The notes below the pieces were generated by a model. It did no database searches. It was not told where the DNA came from and saw only the letters and a list, made by a program, of their open reading frames with translations. Positions 35,715-44,200 of a stretch of DNA of 64,000 bases are shown one piece after another. The DNA lies in contig DATFRP010000082.1 in the NCBI GenBank assembly GCA_035263125.1, positions 4,680 through 68,679 of the forward strand, given 5' to 3'. Numbering within the stretch: the stretch's first letter is position 1; every line of letters begins with the position of its first letter. The translations under genes and the position numbers were made by a program. Origin of the DNA: Vicinamibacterales bacterium (GTDB lineage: Bacteria; Acidobacteriota; Vicinamibacteria; Vicinamibacterales; UBA2999).

Positions 35715-37526
35715 GTGCGTTATCGTGTTCACGTCGTCATCGTCAGTGCATCGCTCGCCCTGTGTGCTGCCTGCAGCGGCGCCTCGACGACGGCGCCCAC
35801 CGCCACTGACGCGAAGAAATTCCTCGACGAAGTCGACCGCACGTTCACGAGGCTCAGTCTCGACGCCAATCGCGCCGGCTGGGTGGGCCAAAACTTCATC
35901 ACGACCGACACCGAAGCGCTCGACGCGCGCGCCACACAGGCGTTGGCCGACGCCTCCTCACGCTTCGCCAAGGAAGCGGTCCGCTTCGACAACATTGACG
36001 TTCCCCCCGATCAGCGTCGTCAGCTGAACCTGCTCAAGGTGTCCCTGGTCCTGGCCACGCCGTCCGATCCGAAGGAAGCCGAGGAACTGACCACGCTCGT
36101 CTCGGCAATGCGCGGCGAATACGGCCGCGGCAAATGGTGCCGCGATGCGGCGAAGCCCGACACCTGCATGAACATCGACGACGTCACGAAGGTGCTGGCG
36201 ACATCACGCAACGAAAAAGAGATCCGGCAGGCGTGGGAGGGGTGGCACACGATCTCGCCGCCGATGAAGAAGGAGTACCAGCGTTTCGCAGAGCTCTCGA
36301 ACAAGGGCGCGAAGGAGCTCGGCTTTGCCGACACCGGCGCGATGTGGCGCGCCAAGTACGACATGGCGCCCGACGCCTTCGCCAAAGAGCTCGATCGATT
36401 GTACGAACAGCTGCGGCCGCTCTACTTGCAGCTGCACACGTATGTGCGTGCGCGCCTCCACAAGAAGTACGGCGACGTCGTTCCGGAGAAAGGGCCGCTG
36501 CCCGCACATCTGCTCGGCAACATCTGGGCGCAGGACTGGTCGAACATCTACGACCTGGTGGCGCCGGCCAACGCCGACATCGGCTACTCGCTCACCGACA
36601 TCCTGAAACGGCGCAAGTCGAGCGCGACCGATATGGTGAAGACCGGCGAGCACTTCTTCACCTCGCTCGGCTTCCAGCCGCTGCCGCAGACGTTCTGGGA
36701 GCGCTCACTGTTCGTGCGTCCCCGCGATCGCGACGTCGTCTGCCACGCGAGCGCGTGGGACATCGACAACCTGAGCGACCTCCGCATCAAGATGTGCATC
36801 GACCAGACGGCCGAAGATTTCACGACCATCCATCACGAGCTGGGGCACAACTTCTACGCACGCGCCTACTCGAAGCAGCCGATGGTGTTCCGCGACAGCG
36901 CGAACGACGGCTTCCACGAGGCGACCGGCGACACGATCGCCTTGTCGGTCACGCCTGAGTATCTGGTCAAGATCGGGCTCCTCGACAAAGCGCCCGACGC
37001 GTCCCACGACATCGGCCTCCTGCTGTCGAAGGCGCTCGAGAAGGTGGCCTTCATTCCCTTCGGCCTCGTGATCGATCAGTGGCGGTGGAAGGTCTTCTCC
37101 GGTGAAGTGACCCCCGATCACTACAACAGCGCGTGGTGGGATCTCCGGTTGAAATATCAAGGCATCGCGCCGCCGTCGGCCCGGAGCGAACAGTTCTTCG
37201 ATCCTGGCGCGAAGTACCACGTGCCGGACAACACGCCGTACATGCGCTACTTTCTCGCGAACGTCCTGGAATTCCAGTTCCACCGCGCGCTCGCGAAAAC
37301 AGCGGGCTGCACCGCGCCACTGCACCGCTGCTCGATCTACGAGAACAAAGCCGCGGGCGAAAAGCTGAACGCGATGCTCTCGATGGGGATGTCGAAGCCC
37401 TGGCCCGAGGCGCTCGAAGCGATGACCGGCCAGCGGCAGATGGATGCGACGGCGATCCTCGACTACTTCAAACCACTGCAGACGTGGCTCGAAGAACAGA
37501 ACAAGGGACAGGCGCTGGGCTGGTAA
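35715..37526 (+). CDS. M2 family (angiotensin-converting-enzyme-like) peptidyl-dipeptidase, exported
   Basis: HEXXH as TIHHELGHNFY, with downstream GFHEATGDTIALSV. GTG at 35715 lies 5 nt after GGAGG and gives MRYRVHVVIVSASLALCAAC|SG. An alternative ATG is at 35679. Confidence 0.85.
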   Translation: MRYRVHVVIVSASLALCAACSGASTTAPTATDAKKFLDEVDRTFTRLSLDANRAGWVGQNFITTDTEALDARATQALADASSRFAKEAVRFDNIDVPPDQRRQLNLLKVSLVLATPSDPKEAEELTTLVSAMRGEYGRGKWCRDAAKPDTCMNIDDVTKVLATSRNEKEIRQAWEGWHTISPPMKKEYQRFAELSNKGAKELGFADTGAMWRAKYDMAPDAFAKELDRLYEQLRPLYLQLHTYVRARLHKKYGDVVPEKGPLPAHLLGNIWAQDWSNIYDLVAPANADIGYSLTDILKRRKSSATDMVKTGEHFFTSLGFQPLPQTFWERSLFVRPRDRDVVCHASAWDIDNLSDLRIKMCIDQTAEDFTTIHHELGHNFYARAYSKQPMVFRDSANDGFHEATGDTIALSVTPEYLVKIGLLDKAPDASHDIGLLLSKALEKVAFIPFGLVIDQWRWKVFSGEVTPDHYNSAWWDLRLKYQGIAPPSARSEQFFDPGAKYHVPDNTPYMRYFLANVLEFQFHRALAKTAGCTAPLHRCSIYENKAAGEKLNAMLSMGMSKPWPEALEAMTGQRQMDATAILDYFKPLQTWLEEQNKGQALGW

Positions 37527-37534
37527 ACGCCAGA

Positions 37535-37614
37535 ACGGGTTCAGAGTTCAGGGTTCAGAGTTCAGGGTTCAGAGTTCCGGTTCTCAGTTCTAGGTTCCGG
37601 GTTCGCCGGGTCAC
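37535..37614. repeat. GTTC-heptamer tandem array (left flank of lower-GC insert)
   Basis: ACGG GTTCAGA GTTCAGG GTTCAGA GTTCAGG GTTCAGA GTTCCGG TTCTCA GTTCTAG GTTCCGG GTTCGCC GGGTCAC, starting 9 nt after the M2 peptidase stop codon. Confidence 0.85.
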
Positions 37615-37758
37615 CCGATCGCGATTGGACACGTCGCGCGCAAGGCGTTTCCTTCACCGGCCATTGGAGCCAGGAATAGTGGCCTGCCGTCCTCGGCGGG
37701 ACAATCAGCCCCATGCGGCCGTTTTGCCCTCGGGGCGTAGAAACTCACCGAGAGTGGT

Positions 37759-39273
37759 TTAGGGCTTGGGATACTCCGATATGTGCGTGGCAATCATGTT
37801 TGGGGTAATAAGGATTTGTAGCTTCTCCTGCACGGTTCTGGCGTCTCTTTGCATCTGGTCTGTCCAAATACGTGCATCCAGATAAGCGGCGTCTTCAGAG
37901 CCGTACGACTCTCTGCCGCTTTCGGTAGCGAATCCTACGATGTCCAATGCCTCCGGCCATTTCAGTTTTGCGACGCGCAAGCAGCAGTTCAGATACTCCT
38001 GCCTGATGGCACGATAACGTTCGTAAGGCACCCTCTCTCCAACGTTCAAATTATTCGCGAACGGAAACAAGAGGAGGACCCAGTAAGGATCTCCCGGTCT
38101 CATGGGAGGCACGACGCGCAGTCGCGTTCGCGTTGCTGGCGTGGTTCGATGCATGTGAACGAGAGCGCTCGACAGCACCCGTCGCCGCAGGCGACTCTCC
38201 CGCGCAAAGAATCTCAGCACCTTTTCAAAGTCGCCATGCGTCGAATCGACTTCGCTCAAGTGATGTGAAGTCCCCGCCATAAAGTGACCGGCAAACTGCT
38301 CGATCAATCCGTCCCAGAGATAGCTGACTTTGTCGGCCTCCCGTTGTCGGCGACGTTCCCCGCTTTTTAGGAACTCATGCCAGCGACTCTCGCTGAGTGC
38401 TATCGGCGTGTCGTCTGCCTGTGCCGAAACGACGAAGTCATGCTCGTCATTGCCATTCAGTTTCGCGACATAAAGTCCGAGTAGTGCTTCTTCCCCTGCG
38501 GCCATTCCCAAACGTCCACTCTCAATGAAGGCCTCCTTCTTCCGGATATAGCCGACAAAGTCCGAAACCGTGTCGAGATTCTTGAGCAGCAGCTCCAGCG
38601 AGGTGTCGTCGAGAACATGAACGAACGGATTCGTGGCACTGACGCGGCCGATTGCGAACGGCGCTCCTCCATTCGCCCGCGTCTTCTTATGGTCGTCCCC
38701 GATGATCTGCGGCATGATCATGAGACTGCCGCTTCCTCCGAGTGCCTCCCTGCAACGCTGCGAGGCGCCATGAGCGACCACGACACGATGAATACGCATC
38801 CGTGTTTGACCTGGCAACTGGATTGGCAGCTGAATCTTGCATTTCGAATCGATAAAAATCCTGTGTGGGTGCTGTCGGATGTGTCGCTCGGCGCCCCAGA
38901 GTTGCTTCGCAGACTTTTCCACGGCGTTTCGAAACCAGCGACTCCAGTCGATATCCAGATTCCCGGTCGACGGAAACCTGCAGTCCTTGTCAGAAAACAA
39001 GACTATGTCGTCTTCGAAGACGATCATGAGGTCCGCAATCTCCTTGGCGATCACGGCTTTGCCCTGTGGCTCATCGCGAACCACGTTTGGATAGCTCCAC
39101 AAGGAGAGAAACGTATCTTTGGCGAGCCTGGCAAGCAGCCGCTCTGAACCCGTCGAGCCGATCGAGGCGCGCAGGCGAACCGGGTACTTAACTTGTGGTG
39201 GATCGACGTAATGGCGTTTGAACTCGACCTCGCGAACTTTGCGCTCGCGCTTTTCACGGCTCTTTCGTCCCAT
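37759..39273 (-). CDS. Orphan hypothetical protein (504 aa) with weak NERD/PD-(D/E)xK-like motif; atypically low GC
   Basis: Clean 550-codon ORF. The likely start is ATG 39273 (MGRKSREKRERKVREVEFKR...). The motif GSERLLARLAKDTFLSLWSYPNVV...KEIADLMIVFEDDIVLFSDKDC resembles a nuclease core strand pair. Hand counts of sample lines give about 50-53% GC, against about 65-70% elsewhere. Confidence 0.7.
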   Translation of the reverse strand: MGRKSREKRERKVREVEFKRHYVDPPQVKYPVRLRASIGSTGSERLLARLAKDTFLSLWSYPNVVRDEPQGKAVIAKEIADLMIVFEDDIVLFSDKDCRFPSTGNLDIDWSRWFRNAVEKSAKQLWGAERHIRQHPHRIFIDSKCKIQLPIQLPGQTRMRIHRVVVAHGASQRCREALGGSGSLMIMPQIIGDDHKKTRANGGAPFAIGRVSATNPFVHVLDDTSLELLLKNLDTVSDFVGYIRKKEAFIESGRLGMAAGEEALLGLYVAKLNGNDEHDFVVSAQADDTPIALSESRWHEFLKSGERRRQREADKVSYLWDGLIEQFAGHFMAGTSHHLSEVDSTHGDFEKVLRFFARESRLRRRVLSSALVHMHRTTPATRTRLRVVPPMRPGDPYWVLLLFPFANNLNVGERVPYERYRAIRQEYLNCCLRVAKLKWPEALDIVGFATESGRESYGSEDAAYLDARIWTDQMQRDARTVQEKLQILITPNMIATHISEYPKP

Positions 39274-39693
39274 GCCAACGGGCAGTGTATTTCTAGATTG
39301 TGAGTCGACTCCCCGAAATTCAACGGGAGAGATGGATGGCAAGCGACGGTTGGTGCCCGCCATCTGCCAATCGAGGCCAGGTCCGCGATCGCCCCAACAA
39401 TCGACGCACATGATGCGGACTCGTTGCCGCTAGGGGCAAGTCGTACGGCAGCTGCGCCTGGAGTGCAGGTTTCGCCACGAATGCCCAGCACTGAACGACC
39501 TCGCGACCTGCAGCGGTCGACCCAAGTCGAAGACGGTTTAGTGCTGGATTCATTTACGCAATACCTTGGGCTCGATCTATCGGGCGAATTGGCGACAGGA
39601 AAGGCGCACGCTCGCCGATCGTCCGCTCCGTCATCAAGGACAGGGACCACGCGTTGCGGGGAGAAGCGAGAAGATCGAGTCTGGCGAAGTCGC

Positions 39694-39757
39694 GTGACCC
39701 GGGAAATGCGAACCGCGAACGTTGATCAGGAACTGGGAACCGGAAGTTTGAACCCGT
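39694..39757. repeat. Inverted copy of the GTTC-heptamer element (right flank of insert)
   Basis: The reverse complement reads ACGGGTTCAAACTTCCGGTTCCCAGTTCCTGATCAACGTTCGCGGTTCGCATTTCCCGGGTCAC. It shares ACGGGTTCA, TTCCGGTTCYCAGTTC, GGTTCGC and CCGGGTCAC, in the same order, with 37535-37614. Confidence 0.7.
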
Positions 39758-39777
39758 GGACGTTGAACGACACGACC

Positions 39778-41010
39778 TCAGCGTGCCACTGTCACAGTTC
39801 GTGTAATCGCCGCTGATCCAGCGGTCTCGAACCACGTGATTCCTTCAGCGACGAGATCGAACTTCAACCCGTAGTCACCTGCCTCGCGAGGCATCGGGCA
39901 ATCGAAGGTCAACGTCAGCGAGTCGCCGGGATCGACGACGCGCGGCAGCGGGACGCGGTGGTAGTCGCGATCGATGAGACGCATCGATCCGTCGAGCAGC
40001 TGTACCCCGCACGTCACGTGGCCGATTCCGGATCGACTCTGTGGCCGCCACGTACCGAATCCAGTGTTGCTCGCATGCATCGTCGCCTTCAGCGTCGTGC
40101 CTGCGACCGCGTGGTCGCCGATGTCGACGCGCACATCGGCCCTCCAACGAGCGCCGGCGCGATCGGTCGCGGCGGATTTCGATGCAACGATGACCGGATG
40201 ATGCTCAACGAGCGGACGCAGGGTGCGGACGAGCGAGATCGCGAAGGTATCCTCGAAGACCGGTCCCTGCTTGCCGAGTCCCACCAGTTCCGCACACGCG
40301 AGACCGATCTTGGCGAGCGCGCGCCGCGGCCGCTTCGACGACGCCAGCCGCGTCCACGCCTCCCACGCTTCGAGCGTCAGGTCGAACCCAGGAACCGTGT
40401 AGACCAGCGGCTTGACCCGCACGTCGGCGAAGCCGGCCTCACGGCACGCGTGCACGAAATCGCCGACGAGGATGTCCTGCTCGAGCACGCCGAAATCGCG
40501 CATCGCCGCAGTCGCCACCGGGGCTTCCGCGTGGCCGCGCCCCGGCTCCGAGAAGAGCGCGACGCCGCCAGAATCGAGCACCCGCGCGATCTCACGCACC
40601 GCCGCCGGAATGTCGGGCACGTGATGGATCGCGCTGAGACAGATCGCGTGCTGAAAGACTCCGGATTTGAACGGCAGCGCTTCCATGTCTCCGGCCACCG
40701 CGCGCACGGATGTGCCCGGTCTCGAGCGGCCGGCGGCCAGCATGTCGTGCGAGATATCAACCGCGATCGACGATCGGTTCAGGCGCCCGAGGAGATCGGA
40801 GCACCAGCAGGCGCCCGCACCGAGATCGAGAATCAGATCATCGGGTGACGGCTTCAGCGTCAGCATCGCCGCCGCGAAGTCGTGCAGCATGTGCGCGCTG
40901 TCGTCGAGCGTGTCGGAGCCAGGTGGTGAAAACGGCTTCGTGCGCTCCCAGGCTGACGAGCCCGTGCGCTTCAGGTATTCCTTCTCGGCGTGCTTGGTAT
41001 CAGAGGACAT
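39778..41010 (-). CDS. Class I SAM-dependent methyltransferase with C-terminal Ig-like beta-sandwich domain
   Basis: LILDLGAGACWCSDLL (motif I), AVAGDMEALPFKSGVFQHAICLSAIHHV, GGVALFSEPG. The C-terminal 110 aa or so (LKATMHASNTGFGTWRP...VVDPGDSLTLTFDCPMPREAGDYGLKFDLV) follow an NBR1/CARDB-like pattern. Confidence 0.8.
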   Translation of the reverse strand: MSSDTKHAEKEYLKRTGSSAWERTKPFSPPGSDTLDDSAHMLHDFAAAMLTLKPSPDDLILDLGAGACWCSDLLGRLNRSSIAVDISHDMLAAGRSRPGTSVRAVAGDMEALPFKSGVFQHAICLSAIHHVPDIPAAVREIARVLDSGGVALFSEPGRGHAEAPVATAAMRDFGVLEQDILVGDFVHACREAGFADVRVKPLVYTVPGFDLTLEAWEAWTRLASSKRPRRALAKIGLACAELVGLGKQGPVFEDTFAISLVRTLRPLVEHHPVIVASKSAATDRAGARWRADVRVDIGDHAVAGTTLKATMHASNTGFGTWRPQSRSGIGHVTCGVQLLDGSMRLIDRDYHRVPLPRVVDPGDSLTLTFDCPMPREAGDYGLKFDLVAEGITWFETAGSAAITRTVTVAR

Positions 41011-41039
41011 CCGCGCCCGATTATCCTCGATGCGCGCGC

Positions 41040-41253
41040 GAGGACGCGGAGGGGGCGGAGAACGCAGAGACGACGATCAACGCAGAGAGCGCTGAGGAGC
41101 GGAGAGCGCCGAGAACGCGTGTGAGGGGTGACCCGCATTGTGAAACACTGCCGTGCGGGTCACCCCTCGCACGCGCGCTCCGCGGCCCTCTGCCCCTCGG
41201 CGATCCCTGCGATGATCGTCGTCTCCGCGCCCCTCCGCTTCCTCCGCGTGCTC
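41040..41253. repeat. 214-bp imperfect palindrome (about 98-bp arms, 16-nt loop) abutting the bcsC stop codon
   Basis: The left arm GAGGACGCGGAGGGGGCGGAGAACGCAGAGACGACGATCAACGCAGAGAGCGCTGAGGAGCGGAGAGCGCCGAGAACGCGTGTGAGGGGTGACCCGCA pairs with the reverse complement of 41154-41253. The core stem GTGAGGGGTGACCCGCA/TGCGGGTCACCCCTCGC matches 16 of 17. Confidence 0.85.
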
Positions 41254-44200
41254 AGGGCCCGAGCGGCTGGTTGCCCCTCCAATCCGGGACAGCCAGCGCG
41301 CGCAGATTGGTGCTCGCGGGAAGACGATTGGCCAGCAGCTTGAGCGACACGCCAATCGTGCTGGTGTTGAAATCGCGCGTGTTGTTCGCGCCGCCGAAAA
41401 TGGCCAGGTGCCAGTGCGGCGCGATCCGATATTCCGCCTTCGCGAACACGTTGTAGTTGGCGCCCTTGCCTTTCTGCTCATCGTAGGCGGCCGCGTCGAA
41501 CGGGGAGCGCACGGCAGGGACGATGCCGAGCGGATAGATGAGTGCTGAGTCGGCGTTGAAGTATTGGAACCCCGGGCTCGCCTGCAGATCGAACGACAGG
41601 CGCGCGTGCCTCACCGTCCACGACAACGGTACGGCGCCCATGATGTAGCGCTGCGGGCTGAAGTATCCGCCGTTGCCGAGTGAGAAGGAGCTCAGGTTCT
41701 TGTTGTAGTGCATCGCGCTCCCGGCGACGCCGAGCGTCAGCGAGGTGGGACCGCCGGTGCTGACCGTCCAATACGCGCCGGCACTGGCCTCGGCGTTCCA
41801 GTTGTCCTCGACGTTCTGCCCTTGCAGGATCGCACCGCCCACCGAGAGATACATCCCATTCCCGCGCGAATCGTGGCTCATCTGCAGCGACGCGGCGTTG
41901 GAGACCACGCCGCCCCATACGGTTCCGGTGCCAGGGTCGCGCTGACCCGCGTACGAAAGCAGGCTGTCCTTGACACGGTCGCGCACCACCAGCAGCCGCA
42001 CTGCCCCGGTGTTGGGTCCGATGCGCAGGCCCCCGGTCCACGTCTTCACGAGGAAGTCGCTCGGCGCCGTTCCGAACGTCAGACCCACCAGACTGGTCGC
42101 GAACTGCAGATCCGCGGTGACGCCCTCGGCACGCTGCTCGGCGAACGTTGCCCCGAGCGGCAACGTTCCAAATCGATAGCCCGACAGGCCGTCGGGCGTA
42201 CCGCTCGTCAAGGTGAGCGAATGCACGTCGACGCCGAAGCGTGCCGTGTTTCCGATCGTCACCGACCCGCCTGGTGCAACGTCACGAACGATCAGACGGC
42301 TCAGTCCTGGATCGCCGGCACGGCCGCCAAACGCGGCGCCCATCGAGGCAAACGGCGTGTTGCGGTTCTTCACGGCATCGATGTCATCTGCGATCGCTTC
42401 GCTCTGCACTTCCTGTACTGGAGCGGCAACAGGAGGCGCCCCGCTCTGCGGGTTCGCTGGCGGACTTTGCTGATCGACCGGCGGCGCCGGCGGCGGCGTC
42501 TGCTGAGGATTGGGGGGCGTCGTCTGCGGCGCTGCCACTGGCGAATCGACCGCACGCTGGAGGCTCGCAAAGATGACGCGCGGGCCGAGGTTGACTCGCG
42601 AACTGGCTGAAGGCGTCGTGCGAGGCGCCTCCTGCGTGCAGGCGCGTTCGGATGATTCGGACCGCGGCGCGGCACCGCGTGGCGCCACCGCTGCAACGGC
42701 GCTCGGCGGAGTGGGCTTTGCGGCGAGGGCGGCCTTCAAGAGCTTCTCAGCCTCGCGATAGTCGCCGTGAGATACCGCCTGTCTGCCGGTCATGCGCAGG
42801 AGGTCGCGATCGGCCGGCCATTTCTGCAAGCCCTCGCGCAGCAGCCGATCGGCAGTAATCGAGTCATGCGCGGCGAGCGCCGCGCCGGCGGCGGCGCGGT
42901 AGTCGCCGGCCTCAGCACCTTGCAGTCCCCACGTCTGATAGACCTCCATCGCCCGCCCGCGATCACCTCGCTTCAAATAGAGGGCGGCCAGCGCCGACGG
43001 AATCTTCGGATTCTTGGGCGCCTCGCGCCACGCTTCGGTGAGGATCATGGCAGCATTCGACGCATCGCCCCGATTCATGGCGGCATCGACGCGTGAGAAG
43101 AGCGACGAGAGCCACAGATCATCGACCGCGGCTCGCTGCTCGGCTGTGAGGTCCGTGCGCGCGCGCGTCCGTGCGATCAAGTCGCCCAGCGCAGACGACT
43201 GCGACGACTTGAGCATCGCCCAGCCGAGCTGCAGGTCGACGTCGGCCGGCGGGGTGCGCCCGTTGGTCCGATAGACTGCGCGCGCATTTTCGAGGAGCGC
43301 AACGGCATTGTCGTACTGACCCGCCTGCGACTCTGCGCCCGCCAGCAGCGACAGCACGCCAGGGTCCTTCGCGAGCGCGTCGCGCGTCGCCTTCGGGAGA
43401 CGACGTGACTCCGTGAGCATCGTGCGGTCGTCGCCGCGGTTGTGGAGCGCCACGATGTACCCTCGCCACGCTTCGACCGAACGATCGTTGGCCGCAATCA
43501 CCGTACGATACGCCTCGGCCGCCTTGTCGTACTGGGCCTGCCGCATCCAGATGTCCGCGAGCTGCAGCTGGGTCTCGGCCGACTGCGTGCGCCCCGCGGT
43601 CCGATCGAGATTCAGCGATCGCGTCAGCAGCTGCTCTGCCTCACTGCATCGTCCGCCGGCGGCATAGCTTGCCGCCACGGCATTGAGGAAGCCCGTGTTC
43701 TGCGACGCCGCGTCCAACGTCGCGCGCGGCATCGTGCGCACGACCGACGATGCACGGTCGAAGTCGCGTTTCGCGGCATAGGCACCGACCAGGCCCTGCC
43801 ACGCGATCACGTTGGTGGGGTGCAGCTCGGTCGCGTTCGAGTAGATCGCGATCGCGCGATCGATCTGACCCTGCTCGACCAGGATGTTCGCAATCTGCAG
43901 ACGAATGCCGAGCGATTCGTCGGAGTCTCCCTTGGCGGCGGCCTCCAGTGCCTGCCCCAACACCTTATCGCCTTCGGTCTCACGATGCGTGGCGAACAAC
44001 ACCATCGACAACTGCGCCAGGTAGTCAGGCCGCTGTTCAAGCTTTCGCCGCAGCGGATCCGGGATCGCGCGGAACGTGCGTGCTGCAGCATCGACTTGAT
44101 CCGATGCGATCTGTACGCGCAGCAACCCGAGCCACACACGTGAATCGTTGGGGGCTGCGGTGGTCAGCCGCTCGTACGACCTCAGCGCGACGTCGAGCTT

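Noticed and set aside
37535-37614. Possible CRISPR array or minisatellite
   Set aside because: The units are 7 nt and contiguous, with no spacers and no cas genes nearby. None of the other repeats in the window has a repeat-spacer organisation either.
37615-39693. IS element or transposon with its own transposase
   Set aside because: The single ORF shows no DDE, HUH, serine or tyrosine recombinase motifs that I can recognise. No target-site duplication was found at the outer ends of the inverted arrays. I therefore kept it as 'insert of unknown mobility'.
39412-39777. Small ORFs 39424-39816 (+) and 39554-39835 (-) in the non-coding part of the insert
   Set aside because: There is no SD, the Ser/Arg/Thr composition is biased, and both overlap the flanking repeat and the methyltransferase 3' end. 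They are probably non-coding.
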